Of a stretch of DNA of 64,000 nucleotides, positions 36,073 through 46,123 are shown in pieces. Numbering within the stretch: the stretch's first letter is position 1; the number at the start of each line of letters is the position of its first letter. The position numbers and the translations under genes were made by a program. Under the pieces are notes generated by a model that saw only the letters and a program-made list of their open reading frames with translations, was not told where the DNA came from and did not search any database. Source of the stretch: an uncultured Candidatus Saccharibacteria bacterium (GTDB lineage Bacteria > Patescibacteriota > Dojkabacteria > J137); NCBI GenBank assembly GCA_965230975.1, contig OZ246402.1, positions 444,667 to 508,666 on the forward strand, written 5' to 3'.

Positions 36073-37857
36073 TTGCGATCTTTTATAAGTCCTTTTCTTA
36101 CAACAATTATTTTTGTAATTTCAAGATCGCTAATCCCTTTACCAGAAAATACAAGTATTTATTTAGGGTTAACACTTTTAATATTTCTGCATTCCTGGTT
36201 TGGGGGTTTTTATTCTGGAGTATTAGCTACTGTTCTTACAGTATTTGCTACAAACTTTTTCTTTTCAAGCAATTTAACTAATATTTCCGGTGTTTCATTG
36301 TCGTGGGTCTTAACAACATTAGTTTTTATAGCACAATCGATAGTACTATCTTTTTTAACCTCATTATTTGCTAAAAGAATTAAAAGAGAGATCTTTTTTA
36401 AAAAAAACCTGGAGTATAAAGAGTCAATGTTAAAAAACATTATAGATTCTGTTTATGGATTTATAGTTGTGACAGATGAGAAAGGAAACATTATTGAAAG
36501 TAATAACTCATATTTACAATTTCAAAAATATAGTGATACCTTACTGGGCTTGAGTATTTTTGATACATACCCATGGAAAAATAATATCAGATTAGGAAGC
36601 GATCTTAGAGAGTGGTTTGACTATGCAACTATTTATGGAGAGTTTAAATCAGATCAAGAATTTAGATTTGGGTCGCAAAAGAAATATTATCACATTAACA
36701 TAGCAACCATCATCTCAGATTATAAGGGTAAATCAAGAAAGTTATACATACTATCTGGTATAGATATAACCGATAGAAAGGTTTATGAGCAAGAGCTATT
36801 AGTTGCAAAAGAAAGTTATAGAAAATTAGTTGATTCGAATGTAGTAGGTATGACAATAGAAGATTCGAATGGAGTTGTCTTAGAGGCAAACGATGCTTTT
36901 TTAAAGCTTGTAGGATACACTTTAGCCGATTTTACAAAGAATAAGATTACTAGAAGGTCAATTACACCAACGGATTACTATAGACATATTGAGCAAGCTA
37001 ATAATTCACTAAAACAAAAAGGTTTTTCTACTCCTTTTCAAAAGGAGTACATAAAATCAAATGGAGAAAGAGTACCTGTACTAGTGTCTAGTGTGTTAAT
37101 TGATGAAAAAAACATGAAGTCATTAAGTCTCACAGTAGACTTAACTGCACAACAAAAGGTAATGAATTTAAAAGATGAGTTTATAGGAGTAATTACTCAC
37201 GAACTAAAAACTCCTTTAATGACTTTACAAGGTTACGTAGATATTTTATCTAAAAATTTAGAAACATCTGACCCTAAAGATTTAAAAAAATTTATTGATA
37301 TTATTGGAAGGCAAACTGAAAGGTTAAATAAATTAGTTTTTGATTTAATTGATTTTATAAAATTATCCAAAGACAAGTTAGTTTTAAATATTGAAAATTT
37401 TGATATTGTAGAGTTTTCTAAAAGAATTGCTGATGAAATAGATTTGCTTAATACCACTCATAAAATAACTTTAAAGTCTGAAAGCACATCATTATTTGTT
37501 TCTGCGGACCCTTATAGAGTTGAACAGGTTATTACAAATCTTTTAACAAATGCTATAAAATTTTCCCCACAAGATAAAGAGATAATCGTAATTATAGAAG
37601 ATCTTGAAAAGAAGGTGAAAATTTCTGTAACAGATTTTGGAGTAGGTATTTCTAAAGAAGATATGCCGCTTGTCTTTAATAAATTCTTTCAATCAAAATC
37701 GCAACCTTTACCAAGACAATTAAATAAAAGTATGGGTCTTGGCTTGTATATATCATCTGAAATAATAAAAAAACATAAAGGTAAAATAGGTGTCACAAGT
37801 GAACTAACTAAAGGTACAACTTTTTACTTCACGCTTCCTAAATCTGCACATCAATAA
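36073..37857 (+). CDS. Sensor histidine kinase with membrane anchor and PAS domains
   Basis: N-terminal TM helices, two PAS-like regions, the H-box ITHELKTPL, and the HATPase N, D/G1 and G2 boxes. Confidence 0.9.
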   Translation: MRSFISPFLTTIIFVISRSLIPLPENTSIYLGLTLLIFLHSWFGGFYSGVLATVLTVFATNFFFSSNLTNISGVSLSWVLTTLVFIAQSIVLSFLTSLFAKRIKREIFFKKNLEYKESMLKNIIDSVYGFIVVTDEKGNIIESNNSYLQFQKYSDTLLGLSIFDTYPWKNNIRLGSDLREWFDYATIYGEFKSDQEFRFGSQKKYYHINIATIISDYKGKSRKLYILSGIDITDRKVYEQELLVAKESYRKLVDSNVVGMTIEDSNGVVLEANDAFLKLVGYTLADFTKNKITRRSITPTDYYRHIEQANNSLKQKGFSTPFQKEYIKSNGERVPVLVSSVLIDEKNMKSLSLTVDLTAQQKVMNLKDEFIGVITHELKTPLMTLQGYVDILSKNLETSDPKDLKKFIDIIGRQTERLNKLVFDLIDFIKLSKDKLVLNIENFDIVEFSKRIADEIDLLNTTHKITLKSESTSLFVSADPYRVEQVITNLLTNAIKFSPQDKEIIVIIEDLEKKVKISVTDFGVGISKEDMPLVFNKFFQSKSQPLPRQLNKSMGLGLYISSEIIKKHKGKIGVTSELTKGTTFYFTLPKSAHQ

Positions 37858-37953
37858 AAACAACTAAATCATTAATGCTTTACCCATTATTTACAGTTAG
37901 TTAATTAAACTTTTTATTAATAAAGGTATTCTAACTCTAGTTAAGAAAAAGTT

Positions 37954-38235
37954 ATGCAAATGTCTTTGCAAGATATAAACTTAGTACTTTCAATAATTTT
38001 GCAATTAATACTAATAGTAGGGTTATTTGTTTTATTTGCTTCTTTAATTAGTTTTATTAATAAACTTAATAAAACTGTTAAGTCTGTTAGTAATGCTAGT
38101 AAGCAAGCTACTACATTTTTGGAATCTAAATCATTAAAACAGGATTATATGGATTATTTTAAGAATTCTATTAAGTATTTTGCAGGTAAATCTATATTAA
38201 ACATGATTTATAAGTATAAAGATAAGTACGTATAA
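37954..38235 (+). CDS. Small hypothetical membrane protein
   Basis: 93 aa with one TM. Confidence 0.4.
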   Translation: MQMSLQDINLVLSIILQLILIVGLFVLFASLISFINKLNKTVKSVSNASKQATTFLESKSLKQDYMDYFKNSIKYFAGKSILNMIYKYKDKYV

Positions 38236-38279
38236 AAATTATAGTTCTGATAGTTATTAATTATTTTTTAATATTTTTT

Positions 38280-38561
38280 ATGAGAGATAACAATTCAAAT
38301 AGCGTAGGTGGTTTATTTATGGGATTTGTTGTTGGTTTAGTAGTCGGTGCTTTATTTGGATCTTCAGATGAATATAAAGGCAAGTTTAAAGAGGCAAAAA
38401 ATAGAGTTTCTTCAATTGCATCAGATCTTGCAAGAAATACAGAGGATGTTGCAGATAAAGTAGCATCAAAAGTAGAGGAGTTTAAAGATGATGCAGAAGA
38501 GAAGAAGGATGAGGCGAAAAGTAGAATTAGTAATAAAGTTAATGAAGTAACTCAAAAGTAA
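38280..38561 (+). CDS. YtxH-like small protein (membrane anchor plus charged helix)
   Basis: N-terminal hydrophobic segment (GLFMGFVVGLVVGALFG) then a K/E-rich helix. Confidence 0.45.
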   Translation: MRDNNSNSVGGLFMGFVVGLVVGALFGSSDEYKGKFKEAKNRVSSIASDLARNTEDVADKVASKVEEFKDDAEEKKDEAKSRISNKVNEVTQK

Positions 38562-38570
38562 TAGTAAATT

Positions 38571-38601
38571 TCTAGAGGGAAGCATTAATCTTCCCTCTAG
38601 A
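38571..38601 (+). terminator. Perfect 12-bp stem-loop directly after the stop codon; lacks a clear U-tract
   Basis: TCTAGAGGGAAG-cattaat-CTTCCCTCTAGA. Confidence 0.4.
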
Positions 38602-38803
38602 AGTAAATAAGATTATCTTCTACTTGATTCATCTCTCTTTTCATTGTCTGGTTCTCTTTCGACTTATCTTGGTTGTTTATTACTAGCTTTTTTCTTTCTG
38701 AATTTTCATTTCCTGCCATATTGGTTACCTACTTTCTTTATGGTTAAAGCTTTCTAAAATAGAGATATTAAGATGGAATTGTAAAAATAATAGCAAAATT
38801 ATG

Positions 38804-38832
38804 TTTATCACCTGTGCAGTAGGTGATATAAT
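38804..38832 (+). promoter_or_regulatory. Putative extended -10 promoter for tRNA-Gln (TTATCA-16 bp-TGaTATAAT)
   Basis: TG at 38824-38825, TATAAT at 38827-38832. A 6-bp inverted repeat TCACCT/AGGTGA sits in the spacer. Confidence 0.35.
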
Positions 38833-38871
38833 CTGCATGCAATTCTTGTCAAGGTAAATGCTATTTTACAT

Positions 38872-38942
38872 TGCGGGTTCGTCTAATGGTAGGACAGCGG
38901 CCTTTGGAGCCGCTGATTGGGGTTCGAGTCCCTGACCCGCAA
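38872..38942 (+). tRNA. tRNA-Gln (anticodon UUG)
   Basis: Acceptor TGCGGGT/ACCCGCA, anticodon stem GCGGC/GCCGC with loop CTTTGGA, T-arm TGGGG-TTCGAGT-CCCTG, discriminator A. No encoded CCA. Confidence 0.8.
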
Positions 38943-38943
38943 A

Positions 38944-39801
38944 TTATATTTCCCAGTCTCTATAAGTTAGATCTTCCCTGTAAATATCGTTACCATTCTT
39001 TAATGAACTGATCCTAGTTTGAAGTCTTTGACTAGTAATGGGTAGGTTATTTAGATAGTCTATTGAATAACCGTAACTTTCCACTAACTGAATAAATGCA
39101 ATACCCCAATCAGGGCTACCAATAATTTTTTTTATGCATAAATAGTCGTATACTGTTTGGCTCAGAAGATTTTCAAGATTTCGCAGATTCCCAAAAAAGT
39201 TGAAAAAGTTTGAGATATTTCCGAAATCAGGGTCGAAATCTATAAAATGAATCTGCACACTATCAGTTATGTCAAGTTGATCAAGTTTCATATCACACAA
39301 ACTATCAGTTATGACAAGTTGATCAAGTTTCATATCACACAAACATGGAATATTTAGGTGAAATGAGTTTAAAAAATAATCAAACAATGAGAGGTACAAC
39401 GCTTCAAGTGTTTTAGTTAAGCAATCGAGTTGTGATTGAGCTTCTATCTTTTTTAAACCAGTGGAGTTATTAACTAAATTAATCAAATTGCTTAGTTTTT
39501 CTAAAATCCCAGATCCCTCAATTTTTTCAGATAAATAAGTTAGATCACCTTCGTTATCAACAAAGTATGTTTTGGGTAGCTCTAGACCAGTATAATAATG
39601 AAACCGCTTTAATATCGATTCGTGAAGTTCACGTAATCGATACGCTTCTTCTTCACTTCCAAACAGCAATTTATTTCGTAAAACCCAGATCTTAGAGTCG
39701 TTATCTTGCATCAAAGTCAGCCCATTAGATTCGTCAAATTCCCACTGTTCTTGGGTATTCTTTAGCTGTTTTAATTTGTCTAATTCAATATCTATAATCA
39801 T
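38944..39801 (-). CDS. Hypothetical protein with protein-kinase-like motifs and an in-frame 14-aa tandem duplication
   Basis: CDMKLDQLVITDSL / CDMKLDQLDITDSV tandem repeat resembling a kinase catalytic loop (D-x-K-x-x-N/Q), followed by IDFD. The gene's 3' end abuts tRNA-Gln. Confidence 0.5.
   Translation of the reverse strand: MIIDIELDKLKQLKNTQEQWEFDESNGLTLMQDNDSKIWVLRNKLLFGSEEEAYRLRELHESILKRFHYYTGLELPKTYFVDNEGDLTYLSEKIEGSGILEKLSNLINLVNNSTGLKKIEAQSQLDCLTKTLEALYLSLFDYFLNSFHLNIPCLCDMKLDQLVITDSLCDMKLDQLDITDSVQIHFIDFDPDFGNISNFFNFFGNLRNLENLLSQTVYDYLCIKKIIGSPDWGIAFIQLVESYGYSIDYLNNLPITSQRLQTRISSLKNGNDIYREDLTYRDWEI
39260..39343. repeat. Two tandem copies of a 42-bp unit inside the CDS (one mismatch)
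   Basis: ctatcagttatgTcaagttgatcaagtttcatatcacacaaa repeated with a single T to A change. Confidence 0.9.
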
Positions 39802-39978
39802 GCGTGGATTTTAGCATAGTAGTTTAGTCCATACACCTACTGGTACCAATTTCGTAGCATTTGAATCACTTTTAGTATCAAAACTTAACATTCTGGTACC
39901 ACAAGGTAAGGGTGTCGTTTTGTAGTCCTCTATCTATCTCAAGTTAACTCTTAATTAAACAACAGATACCTTAAAAAA

Positions 39979-40872
39979 ATGCATCATTCACTAAACAAAT
40001 TTACCCAAGTTTTAAGATATAATTACCTTATGAACCTTTTAGATATTCCAGATAAAAACCTTAAAACAACACTACTTGGTGGACAGGCTTTTAATTGGGA
40101 TCTAATAGGAGATTCTTTTTATGGTTTCTTTAAAGATTTTGTAATTAAAATCTCAATTATAGATGGAAAGTATTATTGGCAAACATTCCCAGAACCCAAC
40201 AGGTTAGATTTAATAGAAGAGTATTTTGATTTAAATACAGATTATTTTGGTCTTAAAAGTCTTATTAATAAAGATGTTCATATTGTTAATGCTTTGAATC
40301 ATGTGCAAGATGTTAGAATCTTAAATCAAGATTTTGAGCAAACTTTACTTTCTTTTATTTTAACTTCTCATAAAAACATTAAGGCAGTTAGAAAACTTGT
40401 TAGAGACTTATCTAAATATTTTGGAAATTCAATTAAAGTTGATGGTATTACTTTTTATACATTCCCATCTGCTGTAAAAATTTCAAATTCTTCTGAGCAA
40501 AAATTAAGGGAGTTGGGGGCAGGTTTTAGATCTAGATATTTATTAGAAGCTTCTTTAAAGTTAACTTCAGAGTTGCCTAAGTTTCAAGATCTGTCAGAAA
40601 ATGAGATTAGAGCTTTTTTAACTTCGTTTAAAGGGGTAGGTGATAAAATTGCAGATTGCGTTATGGTGTTTTCTTTAAAACAACGTGGTGTGACCCCTTT
40701 AGATATTTGGGCAAAACGTGTTTTGGTAGATTTGTATGGTGTAGATTCAAAAATGAATTACGAAAGAATGAGAGGTTGGTATAAAGATTATTTTGGGGAT
40801 TATACTGCTTTTGCAGGTCAGTACTTGTTTGAATATTATAGAGAGACTTATTCTTCTAGCGTTAAAAATTAA
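39979..40872 (+). CDS. 8-oxoguanine DNA glycosylase / HhH-GPD family N-glycosylase-lyase (Ogg-like)
   Basis: HhH-GPD motif LTSFKGVGDKIADCVMVF with the catalytic Lys and Asp. Confidence 0.75.
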   Translation: MHHSLNKFTQVLRYNYLMNLLDIPDKNLKTTLLGGQAFNWDLIGDSFYGFFKDFVIKISIIDGKYYWQTFPEPNRLDLIEEYFDLNTDYFGLKSLINKDVHIVNALNHVQDVRILNQDFEQTLLSFILTSHKNIKAVRKLVRDLSKYFGNSIKVDGITFYTFPSAVKISNSSEQKLRELGAGFRSRYLLEASLKLTSELPKFQDLSENEIRAFLTSFKGVGDKIADCVMVFSLKQRGVTPLDIWAKRVLVDLYGVDSKMNYERMRGWYKDYFGDYTAFAGQYLFEYYRETYSSSVKN

Positions 40873-41032
40873 AAGTAGTGAATATATTTATAAGAGCACA
40901 AAACTTTTTAGTTTAGCATATTTTTTTATTTCTCCAAAAATTGAAATTTTTTCTAATAAAAACAGTCTATAGGGTGTTACCAATTTTTAAGAACGAGTTA
41001 AAATACTGGCATTACTTCAGCATAATAATTTT

Positions 41033-41383
41033 ATGAGTGATAATTCCCGAAATATGGGCGTACCCTCAACTTTACGTGAACACTTTACACCAGAAATGGA
41101 TTGCATAGTTCCTATGGCAAATTGTACTTTTGATTCTATTTCCGGTTTACCACTAACTTTGGGTAATTTAAAGGTGCACCAAGATGAGTGGGGTAATTTA
41201 ATGGTATTTAAAGATAATAACTGGCATTTAATCTCTGTACTTACACCTGGAATTTCATATATTATTAGTGATTCAGTAGTAAATTTCTATGAATTAGGAA
41301 GACTTGGCAACCCTGAGATTTATCAATGTAATTTTGTACCAGACGAAGTTAAGGCAAAAAGAAAACCACAATCTGAAGCATAA
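41033..41383 (+). CDS. Hypothetical protein
   Basis: 116-aa ORF. Confidence 0.4.
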   Translation: MSDNSRNMGVPSTLREHFTPEMDCIVPMANCTFDSISGLPLTLGNLKVHQDEWGNLMVFKDNNWHLISVLTPGISYIISDSVVNFYELGRLGNPEIYQCNFVPDEVKAKRKPQSEA

Positions 41384-41409
41384 TTACATTTATTACGTTA
41401 ATATTTTAT

Positions 41410-41712
41410 ATGAAGAATAGATTTAAAGACAGAACTCGTCTTGCAACTGCCGATGAAGAAGAATATGTTGAACAACCAGTCAAACACATTTCGAATAAGA
41501 AAAAACTTAGAAATTTAGGATTAGGCGGAATTTGGTCAGCGATACGAGCAGAAGATGGCAATATATGGGTAAACTACTATGGAGAACCTTGTATTGTTGA
41601 ACAAAATCCTGTTTACATGATAACTCCACTCGGACAGCCACCAGTGCCTATAGAAATCCATTTCACGCTAGTTGATGATGAACCGTGGGGATTTGGACCT
41701 ATAGAACTCTAA
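41410..41712 (+). CDS. Hypothetical protein
   Basis: 100-aa ORF. Confidence 0.4.
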   Translation: MKNRFKDRTRLATADEEEYVEQPVKHISNKKKLRNLGLGGIWSAIRAEDGNIWVNYYGEPCIVEQNPVYMITPLGQPPVPIEIHFTLVDDEPWGFGPIEL

Positions 41713-42386
41713 TCACAAATTTTGCCGTTCTCAAACTTTATTTTTCTTGTGGCAATCTCTTGAATTCTTTGATCGTGGCTAACAATTACAACACTTTTAC
41801 CCTGTTCAAAAGCAATCTCTTTTAATAAATTCATAACCTCTTCACCATTTCCCGAATCTAAATTAGCTGTAGGTTCATCTGCAAGAATAATTTCTGGGTT
41901 GTTAATCAATGCCCTGGCAATAGCAACTCTTTGTTTCTCTCCTCCACTTAAATTCTTTGGTAAATGATTAATTCTTTTATCAAGTTTTAATCTTTTTAAA
42001 ATAGACCTTGCTTCTTGTTCTGCGTCAGCTTTGGAAATACCTTTAATAAGTAAAGGTGTAATTACATTCTCTAAAACATTTAAAGATGAAAACAAATTGA
42101 AAGATTGAAAAATAAAGCCAACATTGTTTAATCTGTAATAAGTAAGTTGGTTCTCACTTAGCTTTGCAATATTCTTTCCCTCAAAATCTATAGTCCCAAA
42201 TGAAGGTCTTAATAAGCCACCCAACATACTAATTAAGGTTGTTTTACCACTGCCAGATGGGCCAATAATCAACAAAATTTCTTCTTTGTAAACTTCCAAA
42301 GATACATTATCAACTGCTTTAACCAAGGTATGCCCTTTCCCAAAAGTCTTTTTTAAATTTTTTGCAGTTAATACAGTTTGCTTCAT
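41709..42386 (-). CDS. ABC transporter ATP-binding protein (MacB/LolD-type)
   Basis: Walker A GPSGSGKTT, signature LSGGEKQRVAIARA, Walker B ILADEPTANLD. Confidence 0.9.
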   Translation of the reverse strand: MKQTVLTAKNLKKTFGKGHTLVKAVDNVSLEVYKEEILLIIGPSGSGKTTLISMLGGLLRPSFGTIDFEGKNIAKLSENQLTYYRLNNVGFIFQSFNLFSSLNVLENVITPLLIKGISKADAEQEARSILKRLKLDKRINHLPKNLSGGEKQRVAIARALINNPEIILADEPTANLDSGNGEEVMNLLKEIAFEQGKSVVIVSHDQRIQEIATRKIKFENGKICD

Positions 42387-42388
42387 AT

Positions 42389-43498
42389 TTAAGATTTAAA
42401 AACCACAGCTGGGTCAATGTTTGCAATCCGTTTTGCAGGAATCAAAACACTTAATGCGCTCATAAATAAAGATGTCGCAATAATGAATATTAAAATATTT
42501 GCATCAATTTTTACTTCTAGAAACGGAATGGATATTTTCAAAATCTCTCTGACAATAAAAGAACATAGTATCCCAAAGAAAATTCCAAATGCAGAAAACA
42601 TAAGGGATTGTTGCAGTAGCAATTTGTAAAACTTAAAGTTATTCATTCCAATAGCTTTTAAAACTCCAAATTCTGTTTGTTTATCTAGTGTTGCGGTATA
42701 GATTGTTAATCCAATAATTGCTGTGCCAACTAAAAATCCAATAACTACAATTGCCATAACAATTGGTAAAAAGGTTTCTTCTAAAACATTTAAATTTAAA
42801 TTAATAAATTCTGATTTTTTAATTACATTTATGTTAGAACTTAGTTTTTCAATCTCAGCCATAGCAACATCCACATCTGATTTATCACTTATACTAATAA
42901 ATAGATAGTTTGTAATATTAGGAACTTTAATTAACTCTTTGCCTTTAGATTTAGTGATAAACCCGTAGTAAGCATTAATAAAACTAGATCTTTCGATAGT
43001 TCCGGCTATAGTAAAGTCTGTATCGTAAATTTGGATAGTATCATTTAGTTTTAGATTATTCTTTTTTAAAAAATCTTCTCCAAGAATTATTTGGTTATCT
43101 GTAATTTTTAAGGTTCCACTAACTAAATCCCATGGCTTTCCAATTTGAGAATCGTCCTCGTAAGTTGTTAGTGTTAGTACACTTCTAACTCCATGCTTTT
43201 CAAAAGAGGCTTTAATTTGAATAATGCCGGCAACCTCTTCTACACCTTTTATATTTTTTATCTTCTCTTGGATATTATCTTGAATTATTGATGTTCCAAT
43301 GAACATATCTTTAACACCTTCTTGGGTTACAACCAAATCTGCAGGTGTTTTTTGTACATATCTTACAAATTGGTCTGACATACCAAAGTAAATCCCAAGC
43401 AATGTGACCATTAGCATTATGGAAAAAGAAACACCAGCTATGCTAATTACAAATTTTAACTTCTCTTGAAAAAGGTTCTTTCTTGCAAGCAAAAACAT
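42389..43498 (-). CDS. ABC transporter permease, FtsX/MacB-like (four TM with large periplasmic domain)
   Basis: One TM, ~200-aa periplasmic domain, three C-terminal TM. Cotranscribed with the ATPase. Confidence 0.85.
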   Translation of the reverse strand: MFLLARKNLFQEKLKFVISIAGVSFSIMLMVTLLGIYFGMSDQFVRYVQKTPADLVVTQEGVKDMFIGTSIIQDNIQEKIKNIKGVEEVAGIIQIKASFEKHGVRSVLTLTTYEDDSQIGKPWDLVSGTLKITDNQIILGEDFLKKNNLKLNDTIQIYDTDFTIAGTIERSSFINAYYGFITKSKGKELIKVPNITNYLFISISDKSDVDVAMAEIEKLSSNINVIKKSEFINLNLNVLEETFLPIVMAIVVIGFLVGTAIIGLTIYTATLDKQTEFGVLKAIGMNNFKFYKLLLQQSLMFSAFGIFFGILCSFIVREILKISIPFLEVKIDANILIFIIATSLFMSALSVLIPAKRIANIDPAVVFKS

Positions 43499-43573
43499 AT
43501 TTTTAAGTTGAATATCTTATTCTCCTATATTTCTAAAAGGGTAGCAATTAAAAATTTAGCCTAGAATAGATAC

Positions 43574-43602
43574 AAAAAGGGCCGACTTTCGTCGGCCCTT
43601 TT
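43574..43602. terminator. Rho-independent terminator (bidirectional), functional for the minus-strand gene 43617-44558
   Basis: AAAAA-GGGCCGAC-TTTC-GTCGGCCC-TTTT. Confidence 0.8.
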
Positions 43603-43616
43603 AAATGAAAATTCCT

Positions 43617-44558
43617 TTATTTTGATTCTGCTTTAGTTGAAATATAACTTAGGCTTGAATCAGATTCTATAATATCTCTAAATACTAATCCGCTAAATCT
43701 TGGGTAAAAGAAAAAGCTGTAATATGTTGAAATAACTGTAGAAACATAATTTACAACAAACATTGCAAATGTAAACAATATAGGGCTTACTAAAGAGAAG
43801 ACTCCAGCTATTGCACCTCCAACACCACCAAGTATTCCAACAACAAATCCAGTAGCAATACTTACCAAAAGTAATCCTAACAATTCTGGTTTATGTCTCA
43901 TAGCTAAATCCCAATTGTCTTTTAATTTAAATGCCTCTGAGAATGTATTTGTTGCAACCAATCTTAATAAGCCTGGCGTAACAATAAAGTATGAAAGAAC
44001 TGCTAGAACAGCAAGAATTGCCAAGAAAAGAATCCCAAAAAAGCAAACAAGTAATAAATAAATGCCATTAAGATTATTTAGGCTAGATAGCCCGTTTGTA
44101 GAAAACGCACCTCCGCTTAAAAGCATTATTGCAATAAGAAATACGCCTGCTATTAATGCAACAATAGTACCAATAACCAAACCGTAAATTGTAGATGCTA
44201 GTAAATATTTTAAAGATCTTTTTAATTTGTCTGCAAAATTGGCACCCCAAAGAGTTGTAGTTGCTCTTTTTTGAATTCCAGACTGAGTAGATTCATAGGT
44301 ATGCCAGCTACCAACAATAAGTGTTGGAATGACAAGTAAGCATACTATACAAGAGACTATTGCACTAAATAATGCTGTAGCAGAGTTTGTATTGTAAGAA
44401 CTTCGTAAATATCCATTGCTGTTAAAGCTTAATGTAGAGTTATCTGTAAATATTGATGGTAACGAGATTAAAAGTGTAAGAGCAAATGGTAATAGCATTT
44501 TAAGTGCCCAGTTCTTTTCTTTAAACAAAAATGTTAAAGAATCTTTTATTTTATCCAT
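43617..44558 (-). CDS. Hypothetical polytopic membrane protein
   Basis: 313 aa with about 6-7 TM helices. Confidence 0.5.
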   Translation of the reverse strand: MDKIKDSLTFLFKEKNWALKMLLPFALTLLISLPSIFTDNSTLSFNSNGYLRSSYNTNSATALFSAIVSCIVCLLVIPTLIVGSWHTYESTQSGIQKRATTTLWGANFADKLKRSLKYLLASTIYGLVIGTIVALIAGVFLIAIMLLSGGAFSTNGLSSLNNLNGIYLLLVCFFGILFLAILAVLAVLSYFIVTPGLLRLVATNTFSEAFKLKDNWDLAMRHKPELLGLLLVSIATGFVVGILGGVGGAIAGVFSLVSPILFTFAMFVVNYVSTVISTYYSFFFYPRFSGLVFRDIIESDSSLSYISTKAESK

Positions 44559-44640
44559 AAAGAAATATAAAATTTAAATATAAGTAAGTATATCACCAAT
44601 GGTTATAGCTTTCGAGAAAAATTTTAGTGAAGTTTTAGTC

Positions 44641-45051
44641 TTATAAAAAGTTAGTAATAGTAGAGAGTTCTAGCTTTTTATTTTTAAGATAATCGGAATA
44701 TCCAATAAGTTGACCAGGTCTAAACTGATCTTTGAGATTGTTTATTTGAGATTTATCCATCCAGTGAATACTTTGTATCTCGTCTGTAGGCATAAATTGA
44801 TCTTCTTTAATATATTTTGCTTTTATTCCAATTCCTAAAGCTCCAGGTATTAAGTAAAACCCTATAATATATTCGACTTCAATTTGGGCATTGGTTTCTT
44901 CTAAGACTTCTCTAATAGAAGCACTTTCGATGCTTTCGTTATTCATAACATGACCACCAGGAAAGCTATATTGTCCGCTTGACTCTTTCACTACAAGAAA
45001 TTTATTATCCTTTTCTACAATAACTCCAACCCCAACAAATATTTGATCCAT
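44641..45051 (-). CDS. NUDIX hydrolase
   Basis: Nudix box GGHVMNNESIESASIREVLEETN. Confidence 0.8.
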   Translation of the reverse strand: MDQIFVGVGVIVEKDNKFLVVKESSGQYSFPGGHVMNNESIESASIREVLEETNAQIEVEYIIGFYLIPGALGIGIKAKYIKEDQFMPTDEIQSIHWMDKSQINNLKDQFRPGQLIGYSDYLKNKKLELSTITNFL

Positions 45052-45052
45052 G

Positions 45053-46123
45053 TTATAAATCCCTTTTAATCATATAATCTGCAATGCCTTCTAAAAAAGC
45101 TCTGCCTTCTGGTTTCCAGTGAATGTGGTTTGTTGCAAGGCAACTTTCTGCAGATTTTACATAATTTAATGCTTTTTCTTTGCAGTAATCTAATGCCCCG
45201 CATTCTCTGATTATTTTTCTTGCCTCTTCTAGCTCTGTTTTTGTTATGTTTGGATTTCCTAGCAATTCTAAAAACCTCTTTTTAGTTTTGCCATGAGTCA
45301 TTTTGATAGTTCTTACAGTTAGTAAGTTTTGCTTACCTTCTTTTAAATCTGAATCCTCTGGTTTGCCTAGTTTTTCAGCATCACCAAACATTCCTAAAAT
45401 ATCGTCCTGTATTTGATACGCTATTCCAGCAGGTATTGCATATTCAGAAAGGGCTTTTAAGTCTTTTTCACTAGCACCTGCTAAAATTGCTCCAACGTAA
45501 AGTGGATTTTCGTAAGTGTACTTGGCTGTTTTTAATAAATTAATTTGAATTGCTTCGTATTCAGTAACTGTATCTTTTACCTCTGCTAAAACATCTAAAG
45601 CTTCTCCATAACCTGTGTATGCTAATCCTAAATTGAATTCACTCATAGCTTTAACAATTCTATCTGAATCCAAGCCGGAGTGGAGTAGTATATTTTCGGC
45701 AATATGGTTTAAAATTATACCTGCGCAAATTGCCATAGATTCCCCAAAGTGTCTACTATCTTTCTTTTTAAAGTGTTTAGCGTGGTAGTCCTGATAAATC
45801 TTGTGCACAGTTTCTTTTTTGTGTCTAATGTCATCTTGGTCAATAATATCATCCATAATCAGTATATAGATGTGTATTAGTTCTACAAATGCAGATGCTT
45901 TTAAAATTTTATCTTTTTCTGTCCCACCAAACATTAAGTAGCTATAGTAGGTAAGTGCTCCCCTAAGTCTTTTCCCGCCATGGGCTAGTGGAATAATATT
46001 TTGTACCATCTCTTTAATGAAGGGGGAGACATGTTTGGAGTGCTTAAACTCGTACTGTAGGTTTTCTTCAACAATTTTGTCTATTATTGGCGCCAATTCT
46101 GCTAAAGCTTTTTTTGCTTCCAT
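45053..46123 (-). CDS. Short-chain (E)-polyprenyl diphosphate synthase (FPP/GGPP synthase type)
   Basis: First aspartate-rich motif LIMDDIIDQDD, second IQDDILG. An aromatic Tyr 5 residues before the first motif suggests a short-chain C15-C20 product. Confidence 0.85.
   Translation of the reverse strand: MEAKKALAELAPIIDKIVEENLQYEFKHSKHVSPFIKEMVQNIIPLAHGGKRLRGALTYYSYLMFGGTEKDKILKASAFVELIHIYILIMDDIIDQDDIRHKKETVHKIYQDYHAKHFKKKDSRHFGESMAICAGIILNHIAENILLHSGLDSDRIVKAMSEFNLGLAYTGYGEALDVLAEVKDTVTEYEAIQINLLKTAKYTYENPLYVGAILAGASEKDLKALSEYAIPAGIAYQIQDDILGMFGDAEKLGKPEDSDLKEGKQNLLTVRTIKMTHGKTKKRFLELLGNPNITKTELEEARKIIRECGALDYCKEKALNYVKSAESCLATNHIHWKPEGRAFLEGIADYMIKRDL

Noticed and set aside
17636-37457. 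Short ORFs 17636-17836, 22016-22270, 24077-24349, 24875-25078, 28370-28561, 28895-29128, 31498-31842, 32415-32600, 34144-34344, 36210-36440, 37233-37457
   Set aside because: All overlap well-supported genes (ABC-F, ADH, CoADR fusion, MFS, histidine kinase and others) in other frames or strands.
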